DNA of 37,434 nucleotides. Source: Seison nebaliae. Lineage: Eukaryota. Location: positions 124,001 through 161,434 of the forward strand of contig JALJEE010000145.1 of assembly GCA_023231475.1 (NCBI GenBank). The letters run 5' to 3'. Shown here piece after piece: positions 25,255 through 37,238 of this stretch (positions within the stretch are counted from its first letter, which is position 1; each line of letters opens with the position of its first letter). Both the position numbers and the translations under genes were made by a program. The notes beneath the pieces are model-generated. The model did no database searches and was not told the DNA's origin. It saw only the letters and a list, made by a program, of their open reading frames with translations.

Positions 25255-26675
25255 ATGTTTCAAATATTTTTTCTTCTCCATTTATCTTATTTTGTAATTG
25301 GAAGACTTTCCATAGAAAGTTCAATTATCCAAGAGATAAATTGCACATCATGTAATGATAAAATAAATGTTTTAGCAACTCTCAAGAACGGAACATACTA
25401 CATTTACAAGATTCAGGTTAACCGAAAAGGAGATTCCTACGGAATATCGAATCCTGATTGCGGCATGTTCAAACTGAAGGAAACTAAATTTAAAGTGGCT
25501 CCAACATGTTCAGCTGAAATTTTACCTGTAGCAACACTGTCGTCTTCAACGATGTCGGTTGCACCTACAACAGCTCAAACGACAAATCAACAAGTTTTCA
25601 GTACGACCACAATGAATGACAACTCTGTTGTTTATTTGTATGATTCATCCAGACCAACTAAATGGAACGGAGATCCGATTAAAAGATGGGATCAGGTTCT
25701 TTTCATTTTATTCCTCTTTTTAATTTAGTATTTTTTCCAGTTGACTTTAATAATTACTTATGAGAACAAAGATCATATGATGAAACTCCTAGTTCTCAAT
25801 CTAAATAAGTTCTTGGTAGAATACCTTAACCAAAGTTTAGACGATTATTCGGGCCACAAAGTGTGTAACAGGAAGGATGTATCATGGAAAGTGTTAAAAA
25901 TTTTAATTTTAATATAAACTGATAATTAATACAAAACTATAAAGTGAACAAGGTGAAATTTATGCAAGAACAGGAGATAACAAGTTTTTCATTTTTGCCG
26001 ATGAGGGTTATTACTTTCTTCAATTATCACTTCAATTAAAGATTTTCTATTAGGTGAAAAAAGACTGTCAATCAATGATTTTAGTTAGACCTTTCCTTGT
26101 TCTATATCTTGGTAACCTACATCATTCGGTTTAATAGAAGAGAAGGAATGTTTAATACATGTGGAAAAAATGATAATACTAAGGACAACATTTAGCGAAA
26201 CACCTATTATGTTTGCAATAATCCGAAAAGACAAAAATATAAACCATCGTACAGCACCTATTACTCAGCCGGAATATAATAATTTGGATAATACCTATAT
26301 TTATAACAATTTCCAATTACAACAGAAGGAAGTTTATCCACTTTCTTTAGTTTCCATAAAAAATGTTTTTTAGAATGTCCATTACATTATTAAAAAGGGT
26401 CAGAAAAATTATATATTTGTGTTCAACTTCGCCGAAAACAAGTTGATAGACTACCAAACGAATTGCATGGCTTCTTCAGACAAAAAAAAATTATCACTCG
26501 ATGTACCAATTAACATAGTTTACGAGCATTGGTTCTGCTTTCAAATAAAATTTCTTATCGGACTGATAAATCTCATTTTTCTGTTTTAAGGAATAAAATC
26601 AAAATTTCAGATGAATACAAAATAATTTACGAGAAAAGTTCAACAACTGTCGAATTTATGAAAGAAGATTGTTAG
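25255..26675 (+). CDS. Uncharacterised secreted protein with signal peptide and Ser/Thr-rich segment, ~7 exons
   Basis: N-terminus MFQIFFLLHLSYFVIG. The frame stays open using introns 25696-25740, 25893-25944, 26007-26053 (or -26041), 26084-26137, 26332-26373 and 26532-26590, all GTT..AG. No homology recognised. Confidence 0.65.
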
Positions 26676-26689
26676 TACATTAGTATATC

Positions 26690-27760
26690 ATTATTATGAA
26701 AACAGGACACTTCGGAAGTAAATTCTTATCATCCTATTTGGGTTGCCAGTTGACTAATTAAAGTGATCGAGCAGATTATTAAGAATAGATATGCGAAAGA
26801 GTTATGTTCGTGGAAATTTCAATTCGCTTATCGTGAAAATAGCAGAGGCACATTGCCACTTATTCTCTTTCTGAAATTTCTTATCTCGTCATCTCGTCTT
26901 CTAAATTCGAAATTTGTTTTCTTTATCATGGATGCGTCGAAAGCTTTCTATTCGGTCAGCATGGAACACGCAATTGATATTCTACGTAATGAAGGAATAG
27001 ATGGTCATTCTCTATCCTTTATCAATGAAATCTTTACGAATTCGTTGGAAGTACTAAAAGATGGATCGAAGAAAAAATATGTTTCTCATAAATAAAGTAG
27101 TAAGACAAGAATGTATTCTCGCTCCATAGATTTTTGGTAAAGTATTGGACGATATTCTTATTGAATCCAATCGAAAATTCTTATTTAAAGTTGGTCCGAA
27201 TTCCTTTCCTGCAGTTATTGCGTACGCAGATGATATCCTCATTTGCACGAATAACGTTCGTCAGTGTAAAAGAGTTGTGGCTTTCATCAGTGATCATTTA
27301 GCTATTGTTTTATTGATGACAATCAAATGTAATCGGAGTAAGTCATCGATTATCTCGAATATTTCTACATTTCCAATTCGTTATGACTTGAAGAAATTGG
27401 TGTGCAAGGAGGTGTGTTTTCCTTGGATGTCAGATTGATTCGAAGAAGAAAAGTTCAGCACCGGTAGATCGAGTAAGATGTAAGTTCCTCAAATCATTCT
27501 ATTCATTTCATCATCGCTGCAAGTTTTTCCTCTCAAATTGAAGTTGAAATTATTTGTCTGTTACTGTTGTGACTTTTATGAGTTACCGGTATCCATCTCG
27601 AATATCGAAAAGTCATTACGATGTCTTGATCGTACCTATAATAGAACAGTTCGAATGATGCTCGGATGTCATAAGCCTTTCAATAGAGCAAGTATGTTCA
27701 TGATCTGCGAACTCACTTCTGTATCTTGGTTCTTACTATAAGAAGAATTTGGAACCACAA
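26690..27760 (+). mobile_element. Decayed non-LTR retrotransposon reverse transcriptase fragment
   Basis: Ordered RT motifs YHPI, QFAYR, DASKAFYSV (cf. DxxKAFDxV), VRQECILAP* (cf. GVRQGxxLSP) and AYADDIL, broken by stops and frameshifts. Boundaries approximate. Confidence 0.88.
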
Positions 27761-28164
27761 TTTACTATCTATCTCACATGTGAATTAATTGTCTTGTTAG
27801 AAATGCACTTTGAGAAAATTCTTATTTAATTACTTCACTCATATTATTTAATTACTTTTTATTACTAGTGGACGGGCTTGATGAGTCGGAAGAAATTCTG
27901 ATAATCAGTTATCCTTAAGATTTCAACATATATGTTCATATCCAATCATATCAACATCATCATTGAAATAACGAGTATAAAAATTGCTTGTACGATGATT
28001 TACAATATCATTAAATAAAAAACAATTTTAATGATTTCTTCGGAAATCTTTCATTAATTTAATCTTTTTTCATTGTAGTTCATTATACTTTTCCTGATTT
28101 TTTAAAAAAATTTCGTATAACAAATTCTCTTATAATATTGAGAAGCAGAATTTAGATTGGATAT

Positions 28165-30485
28165 TTATTTAATTGAAATGAGTTTTTCTCCTTTCCCAAC
28201 ATTGTCATTCTCAGTAACCATAATTTTAGAAACAATTCCAGTAGCTGATGACTTTAACGTATACTAAAAAATAGGATAGTATTATAAACAATTTTAAAAA
28301 AAGTTAGGAACTTCCATTTTCATTGCAATCATGATAATCAGTGGTTGATTGGTTTCAACTGTTTCGCCTTCTTCTACTAAAACTTTCGCAATTACACCAG
28401 GCATGGGAGAAATTGCGTCAAAAGCGGAAGATTTGTTTTCTTGGAAATCTTTACTTTGATCAGCAATCATTGATGCTGCATCGATACCACCAGTAGATGC
28501 CTCGGAAAGTTGTTCAACATGTTTCGGTTTCAACAACGACATTTCCTTCATTTCACCATTCTGAAATAAATTAAACGACAAACAATTAAATAAAAAATGA
28601 AATAACATTTTTATCAAATAAATAGAGATAATTGTCGTTTAAAGAAACTGATAAATTTTGATATTCAACATCGTCAATTTTAATTAGAATCTTATTCTCC
28701 AAATATTTCATTCGAACATTTTTCTTTTGGAAAATTTTTGGAAGTTTTTTCAATCCAATTTCCAACGAATAATTTCTTAACATTTTCTCTAACGATTTCT
28801 GATCTACTGCATCGTTCGTCGACGGTATTTGAGGTAATTGATAACAATCGATATCTAATGTTAAGTAATCTTCATTTCCTTTAATGTCGAGAAAGAAACG
28901 ATATTGTTTCCCATCGAATTCCACATCGTAACTTTCTTGAGCAGAAGAATTAATTCTTCTTGGATTCATTTCATAAAATGGAGAATCATCTTATATATAT
29001 TTGTTAGTTTTTATAAAAAATTTAAAATTAACTTGCAAATTCTTCCCACATTTTCACCAATAACGATGTGATACATTGAGTTAAATTTAACTGGAGATCA
29101 GAAGTTTTTTCCGTCGAGTTCGATGGGAATAATTCGTTTGAATTTTCCGTAATGAAATTTGTATTAAATTTCCCAGAAATAAATTGTGGATGTTCAATGA
29201 TTTTCGAAAGGAAATGTATGTTCGTTTTTATTCCACCAATCTCCATCGACCGTAACGAATGAGATAATCGATCGATAGTTCGTAATCGATCTTCATCCCA
29301 AACGATCAATTTGGCAATCATCGGATCATAATGAACACTCACTTCATCCTTCTCTCGAATTCCCGTATCGATGCGAACTAAATTTGGTTGTTCTTTTGGA
29401 AATTTCAAATGATCAATCTTCCCCGCTAACGGTAAGAAATTATTGAACGGATCTTCTGCATATATTCGACATTCCATGGCACAACCGTTTCTTGGAATGA
29501 GTTCTTGTTTCTTAATAAGCAATTCTTTCTCATTCGCTACATTAATTTGCCATTCCACTAAATCTTGACCCGTTATCATTTCAGTGACTGGATGTTCCAC
29601 TTGTAATCTAGTATTCATTTCCATAAAATAGAAATTCTCTTCTTCATCCATAACAAATTCCACCGTTCCAGCATTCAAGTAATTGACAGCGGCAGCTGCA
29701 CGTACGGCTGCTTCTCCAATCGCCCTACTAGTCTCTGGACGAATGTTGGGAGCTGGTGCCTCCTCCACCACCTTCTGATGACGACGTTGAATGGAACAAT
29801 CACGTTCATGTAAATAAACATAATTTCCAAATACATCACCAAATACTTGAACTTCGACATGTCGCGGATTCTCAATATATTTCTCCAACAACATCAAATC
29901 ATCATTAAATGATTTCATCGCTTCTAATTTCGCCGATGATAATTGAGATAAAAATTCATCTGCATTTCGAACAATTCTCATTCCCTTCCCACCACCACCA
30001 CGAACTGCTTTAATCATTAACGGATATCCAATACGGTTCGCTTCTTGAATATAACACTCGTCCGAATGATCGTTACCATGGTAACCTGGAATTATGGGAA
30101 CATTCGCTTTCTCCATGATTTCCTTCGATCTATTCTTAATTCCCATATCTTGAATAGCCGAAGATGATGGACCGATGAACTTGATACCTTCACTTTGACA
30201 TCGATCGACAAATTCAAAATTTTCCGAGAGGAAACCATAACCTGGATGAATGGCGTCAACTTTCAACTTCCTACCAACTTTCATGATATTCTCCACATTC
30301 AAATAACTCGATTGAGCATCCGCTCCACCTATACAATAACTGTAATCAGCCAATTGCTTGTGATACGAATTCTTATCAGCCTCGCTATAAACGGCAACAC
30401 TTTCAATTCCCAATTTCTTTGTCGCATTTATTATACGACAAGCAATCTCCCCACGATTAGCAATTAATATCCTTTTAATTGACAT
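28165..30485 (-). CDS. MCCC1: 3-methylcrotonyl-CoA carboxylase alpha subunit
   Basis: join(30485..29033,28989..28607,28560..28312,28263..28165). Biotin carboxylase motifs [49 protein letters not shown] and [13 protein letters not shown]; biotinylation site MIAMKME. The KAVRGGG and VSVHYD variants fit MCCC1 better than PCCA. Confidence 0.93.
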
Positions 30486-31085
30486 CTCACTAAAAATTTA
30501 TTCTTTAAATAATTTTTATTTATCTTTGCAAAATTTATTTGCAGATGTAATATTCGGTAATATTTCTTTTTCAAGTTTTTCCCTCATGGAAATATTATCG
30601 ACAGATCGACAAAAAGCCCATGCTTTTAATTGTATTCTCATCTGAATTTCTGCAATTTCTCATGAATTGTAATTGTTAACATTTTAATACTAAAATATTT
30701 CTTCTTTTAATTTAAAAGTCTTCATTTAATTTTTATAAGGGTAAAAGTGTCTTTCGTGTTAAATAAAATATTTTTTTTAGTTCTCCAAATTAATATATAT
30801 ACTTAAACGACAATTTTAAACAGCTTACAATAGCTGACTCTTGAATTAATAATTTTAATTTTCCCAAATTTTTGTTTAAGAAAACGGTAGAGGCTTAAAA
30901 TTTTTAGAATTAGAATGTTTAATATTTGAAAAAAAAATTCATAAGATTAATCTCAATCAAAATCAAAATAGAGTTCAAAGAAAAACCTTAGAGATATGAA
31001 AGGCTGAAAATAAATTAGTGCTTGAAAAAAAACTGATCTGACAATAAAAGTGAGAGAATAATGAAATATGATCGAAAATTCGATG

Positions 31086-31580
31086 CTAGATAATTTGGTC
31101 TTCTGACCAATGAACTAGATTCTTCCGCTTAATATGAATTTTAGCATGTTGCTCATTAAGTTTTCTAAGCTGAATCGCATATGGTATGAATAAAGTTTGT
31201 TCAGTGGGAAATCTGTTGAGAGTAATCTCAACTTTGGGTTTTTCCGTATTCTTATAATTCCTAGCAGTTCCTTCTAAGAAATTTCGAGAACATTTCCCCA
31301 TTTCTTTGGATAATTTTCCTTTCTTAATATGCTGTTCAGTATCGTAATAGCGATTCTGATACGAACCTAAAAAACCTAAGAAAAACACCACTCCCCCTAA
31401 TACGATGATAATGATTCCAAGACAGACATTGACTATGAAGTCCACTTTATCAAATTCGGCTTCTAGGTTAGTCTGCTCTGTAATTAAGATGTTAAACTAA
31501 CAATAAAAAATGTGAAAGAATTAACCGATCGTACCCATTACAAAGGAAAAACAAACGCACAATGATATAATTTGTATCAT
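31086..31580 (-). CDS. Uncharacterised small type-I membrane protein
   Basis: join(31580..31526,31477..31086), 48-nt phase-1 GTT..CAG intron. Signal peptide MIQIISLCVCFSFVMG, very short ectodomain, TM FIVNVCLGIIIIVLGGVVFFLGFL, basic tail. Confidence 0.7.
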
Positions 31581-31934
31581 TTTTTTTAAATCTGAAAACT
31601 AAACTGTATTATGAAATTGAAATGAAAACTTTTGTTAATATTTTTAACGGTTTGAACTTGATTGCTTTCATTATATAAATTTGTTCGCAAATAACAAAAC
31701 CAATTTTTGACAAAGTTCCTTTTTTTAACATGCTCATTATTTGTTATACATGACAACAGTTTATGGATTGACCATTTTATCATGAGCGACATCTTCAGAA
31801 ATTTCGTCATTACTTGCAATATTTCGATCCACTCCCATTTTTTTCACCTTGTTGACAATCTCTCATTTTTTTACATCTCGCAATCCTTTCCAATTCACAC
31901 AGTACCGATACCAGGAGAGTAATGATCCCTATCT

Positions 31935-32290
31935 TTCAAACTCCATTTTTCTTCTTAAAGAAATGCATGAAGCACCATTTCGAGTTAAATCTCAGAAGAA
32001 CAGAAGAATTATCTAGTCTCCGAATTTTACGTCTCCCAATTGTCCAATGTCCGAATTGTCTGTCACCCATTCAAAGTATGTGTTCACAGTTTGTTTATGA
32101 AAAAAATATTTGTCTTCTTTGCTGATAACAATTATCTTTTTCAATTGATCACTTAGACGAGGAGAACATTCAAAAGAAGACGGAGTTTCCTCCTTCTCCG
32201 GCTTATCAGCTTCTCTATGTAATTCGCTAGAGAATTTTTTTCGAGGTTTTATACCTACCATATGGTACATCATATGTCAAACCTATCCGT
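31935..32290 (-). pseudogene. Inverted, decayed partial copy of the 3' end of the 33304-36345 gene
   Basis: VGIKPRKKFSSELHREADKPEKEETPSSFECSP..DQLKKIIVISKED aligns with VGISPRRTFSSELHREVSPKEADKPEKKENPPSNESSP..DRLNKIIVVGKKD. It shows indels and an early stop, and ends aatggagtttga versus aatggagtttaa. Confidence 0.8.
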
Positions 32291-33303
32291 TTCCTCTTTT
32301 TCTTCAATTTCTTCTTCAAAGAATATCTTACACATATAACATATAATAATCATTAATTTCCTTAACTTTTTTGTTAAAATATATTTCAACTATCTGTTTT
32401 ATTTGATCGCCATAATCACTTTGTCAGACTAATAACAGAGTCTTCTGCACAAAAGTTAGTCAAGTTCATTCAATTTACTATCCTGGAATCATGCTCCGGA
32501 ATCATGCAGGGAAAAACAAATGGTGTCGTTTATGGTATTTCATTTAACCCTAAAAGTTTACAATCAAAGTTTACAGATTTGAAGAATGCTTAGGGAACCT
32601 TGCTTAGGAGAATATTTAAAAAGTTTCAGAAGAGGTTGTTAACGATAATGGATTATACATTCTGTATTATCTGTATATAGATATTATCATGGATGTCATT
32701 TAATTTTGAAACTTTTCCTATTATAATAAGATAATATATACGATACGATTGAAAATACCAAAGAAGAACCCGATTTATGTTTACGAACTCTACCTAACCA
32801 AAACGAAGATTAAATATTTATATATATATAGTTTTTTGAAACTGAGAAAATGAGGAGTTGTAGGAGTAACCAGATGTACCTTTAATGGAGTCAATAAACA
32901 TTGGAATAATCCAGTTCTAGGCCTATTTTAGGAGAACGAAAAAAATTTATGATATGTCGCTCATTTAGCACAACTTTTTATTGTGAGTTTTACGAACAAA
33001 ATCAATGTTAAATTATCTTCCTTCAAAAATTGTGTTTATTAACAAAAGAAGTTCTTAATTTTTAGTCTGCAACTCGATGCGGGGATGAATATTTCGTCTT
33101 TACTTTAGGAATAATAGATATTAATAACAATAAAAGGAAAATTAGAAGCCAAAGCCGATTTTTTATTTTCCATTTCAATTTTTCGTATTGAAGGAAGTCG
33201 AGTATAAATTCGTATATTTCCATTGCATTTCAATTCATTCTATTTTGATAATTTTTTGTTTTTTATTTTAAACTTTTACTTCATTCTTTATCTATCCCAC
33301 AAT

Positions 33304-36300
33304 ATGAGCACCAAATTGGAACAAGTTGATGGAGAATTTAGCATTCGTTCGTCAATGTCAGGAGACGACTGGTACCTTACGCCATCTTTATATTTCGAGG
33401 AACTAGATAGGGAATATAAAGTATTAAAAGATAAAATTCGACATGGAACTTCCTCAAAATCGGGAAAATCATCTGAAAACTCTCTCGATACAATGTCTTT
33501 AGGTAATAGTAATACATTTTTTGTATGTTAATTACTGAAAAATGGTTTATTTGATCTATTTCTCGGACATAATGTTGATTTGAACAATGGACATATAAAA
33601 AGGTTCTCATCTGTCGAAAATAAATCGTTGTCTCACTTTGCAAGTTTAATCTAGTTTGATTAAATCAGTAACTACAAGTGATATGATCGATTTGACTTAA
33701 TCGTGTTTGACAGATGATGATAAAGTTTGAATCACACTATGAATAATGAATCGTCAAGTTTCATTAGTGTGATCGGACAATCATTAATCACATGATAAGC
33801 GGAAAACTTATCAAAATCAACATCAAGTCCGAAATATTGATAAAATAAACCATCTTTTATTATTTTAAGGGTTAAAATTATATGATTATTAACAGCAGAA
33901 TCTTTAGGCTCGAGGAAATCGAAATATACATATTCTAATGGTACTACTCCAACTTCTTCTGAAGCATCGTTCCCATCAGATTATTCCAGGAATAGCTCGA
34001 GAATTTCTGGAAAATCTAAAGGAAATTCAGAGAAATTAAGTGCTCTTCAGAATGCGATTACAAATATTTCAGATATTCAGTCATTTGATCGAAGACTTAA
34101 ATCTCCAAGACTTCCAGATGATATGTCAACGATTCCTAAAGATTCGACTATCTCTACAACAACCGCTGTTACTGAAACAAGCACTCCTTTGACTAGTGCA
34201 GCGAACGTATCGAAAATATCAGGAAAATCGATGGAGTATAAAAATAAAGAGAGTAAGAATTCTTCTGACATCTCCATTTCGAAAGGTTCATTGAAGTCTA
34301 AAGTTTCTGAAGTTACTTCAAGAATTCGGAGTGGATCTCTGGATATTTCAGTTACAGTTGGTCCTGTTGAAATTAGAACCGAAAGACGATCTGGAACTTA
34401 TTCAGATATTGATGAAGAAACGATAGGAAATTTCAGTTTACGCAGTATGTCGATTATTCCAAGTGTATCTCTAACTTTATCGAAATATACACGTAAAACA
34501 CTTTCTGATCAAATATTCGTTAAAGGACTAAGAACACCTCATCCAAGTCCGACTAATTTATCCAAAATTCCTGAAAAATTTAGCGAAAGTGACAAAACTG
34601 TTAACGGAACTTCTTTATCGTCATATTCTAATAAAGAAGAAATCACTCCAAATAGCTCAATAATTCCAGAACATTTAAGTGATTTGGATAAATATAACAG
34701 TAGAAGTTCTTTATCGTCAATTTCGAATAATGAAAAATTCACTCCTAATACATCAGTAGTTCCAGAACATTTAAGTGATTTGGATCAATATAACAGTAGA
34801 AGTTCTTTATCGTCAAATTCGAATAATGAAAAATTCACTCCTAATACATCGGTAGTTCCAGAACTTAATAGTTACATGGACAATAGTATGGATAGAACTA
34901 CTTTTTCATCCAATTCACATAAAGGAAGATTCACTTCAAATATATCTGAAATTCCTGAAGAATTTAGTGAAATTGACAAAAGTGTCGGTGGAACAACTTT
35001 GTCATCTAATTCTAATAATGGAGAATTGGCTCCAAATACCTCCATAATTCCAGAACACTTAAGTGAATTGGATAAAGATATTGGTAGAAGTTCTTTATCA
35101 TCAAATTCGAATAAAGGAAAATTCATTGAAAACACATCAGTAATTCCAAAATTAAGTAGTTTTATGAACAACAGTATCAATAGAACTACTTTATCGTCAG
35201 ATTCTAGTAAGGAGAGATTGACTCCAAATACCTCTATAATTCCTGAACTAACAATTGTCAGTAACGTGGAGAAAAGTACGACTGAAACTACTTTAACGAA
35301 GAGAAGGTTTACTCCAAACACATCAGTAATTCCTCGACAACAAAGTGGATTTGACAAAAGCGTCAGTAAAATTTCTTCAAAATCTAATTCAAAAGACGTT
35401 AAAATTACTCCAAAATCCGATTCAAAACGAAGTTTAAAAAGTTCTAGTAAGCCAACGAATAGTTTGATAAAAAAATCTCAAGCAAAGAATATGAGTAAAA
35501 AGACATTTGGAACAACTGAAAAACGGAAAGTGTCAAGCCATAACAGTGGACCTGATTTTATGGACACTCTAAATTCCATGGAAGAGTCGTTAGTAAAATC
35601 AGTCCCTAAATTGGTGGACAACGCCCGTTCAGTGGAAAAGAAGAATCCAATTTCTCGTCTGGCAAGTTTAATATCGGAATTTGGTAAATCTCCTGATCGG
35701 AAAAGTAAAAAAGAACCTCAGGATGGAGAAGGGATGTCGACAATGATACCGACTCAAAAAAAAATGAACGATGAACCGATTGTAGACCGAGTAGCCCCAA
35801 CATATGACGTCGGCATAAGTCCTCGCCGAACTTTCTCTAGTGAGCTACACAGAGAAGTATCTCCAAAAGAAGCGGATAAACCAGAGAAGAAGGAGAATCC
35901 GCCTTCTAATGAATCTTCTCCTCCTGCAAATGATCGATTGAACAAGATCATTGTTGTAGGTAAAAAGGACAATGTGTTCATCAATAAATATTTGGGTGGA
36001 TCACAAAACTGTGAACACAATTTTGAAGGGATAGAGGATGATAATGTGTCTGCATGTACCGGTTGCTGCTTAATTAAGGAGGAAATATCTGGTAGGATTC
36101 CTGCATTCTACCTCGATAAACATGTGGTGCTCGACGGTTGGTCGGTCGTGCTATTTGCTGGTGGTATTTTAATCAGCGGGGTTTTATCAGCCCTTTTGGG
36201 GTATGTTTGCGGGACCAAATCCAACAAGAGATATAGTACTCCTTTTACAGACAGCTCCGATTCGTCCTTTTTGAGGAGTTTTGAATTGCATTCGGAACCG

Positions 36301-36345
36301 AACAACTGTGATTTATGTGATTTTCATCCAAAGAATGGAGTTTAA
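33304..36345 (+). CDS. Uncharacterised Ser-rich repeat protein with one C-terminal TM helix
   Basis: join(33304..33502,33896..36345), phase-1 GTA..CAG intron. The ORF is open from 33896, upstream of the tracked ATG at 34123. TM WSVVLFAGGILISGVLSALLGYVC near the C-terminus; no signal peptide. Confidence 0.75.
34549..35406 (+). repeat. Coding tandem repeat: 9 units of 96 bp (32 aa; one unit is 30 aa)
   Basis: Units such as TPNTSVVPEHLSDLDQYNSRSSLSSNSNNEKF start at 34549, 34645, 34741, 34837 and onward at 96-bp spacing. Confidence 0.92.
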
Positions 36346-37191
36346 TGTCTTCATGTTAAAATTTTATTTTAGGTAAAATTTTTTTTTAATATAATGATAA
36401 TTTAAATGTAACTTTCAAAAAACTATAAATGTTTTTACTTTATTTTTTTTATTATTTCTTCATAACATATGCGAAATTTAAGAAAGAAAGATAATAAATT
36501 TTAGGAAACGCTGAAAGTGCTCCATCATCCTATTAAATAGGATTCTCCAATTTCATTATAAAAAAATGTTAAGCAATAATAGAGGATCAATTTAAGATCA
36601 ATTCAGAATTAAGTACCCTACTGGGCGCTTAAAAATTTACACAGAAAATGCAAAAAAATTAAGTTATTGATGGTGCTGAAGAAGATAAGGCTATTTAAAA
36701 TTTTCAACCAAGTTACCCAAAAAACCCTTTTTAAAAAACCGATGAAAAATTTCAATTTATCCCATCCGAAATTTTAATAAGAAAAAGATTATTGGAAATT
36801 TAGAAATTTTTTTGTATCCAACATCGATTTTTCAATCAACAGAAACATTGAACTTTGATAAAAGAATCTATGAATAACAGATAACAAATATAGATGTATT
36901 CTGATTTAATAATGAAGTTATCCCAGCAAACGGAAGAAATGCAACCTATATTGCACCGGAATTCTTATCCCTCTAGATATTAAAGTCGAAATAGTGTCTA
37001 ACTACTTGTTGAAAAAGGACAGGTCAATGCTTCAAAAATAATATACCGATTGAAAATTGATGTTCTTCCATAGTATTTTTTAAGAATCAAATTTATAGTA
37101 GTGCTGTGATTATGATCCGTGAGTCCAAAGTGATAAGACTCGAGTCCTCCATACATTATGGAAAGAAAAAATCCAGACATGATAAGAGTCC

Positions 37192-37223
37192 TATACATAC
37201 AAGGCTCGAGCCTTGTATATATA
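37192..37223. repeat. Palindrome: 22 bp perfect, 32 bp with one mismatched pair
   Basis: tatac ATACAAGGCTCGAGCCTTGTAT atata. Confidence 0.85.
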
Positions 37224-37238
37224 CACGAATAATATATA

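Noticed and set aside
28165..30485. PCCA or bacterial accC as the identity of the carboxylase
   Set aside because: The diagnostic motifs and the fused, intron-split biotinyl domain fit MCCC1 better.
32588..32610. Two GCTTAGG units as an interstitial telomere remnant
   Set aside because: There are only two non-adjacent copies.
34077..36305. Minus-strand ORFs overlapping the Ser-rich gene (similar shadow ORFs lie over MRPS17, MRPS5 and MCCC1)
   Set aside because: They are antisense shadows of real coding sequence.
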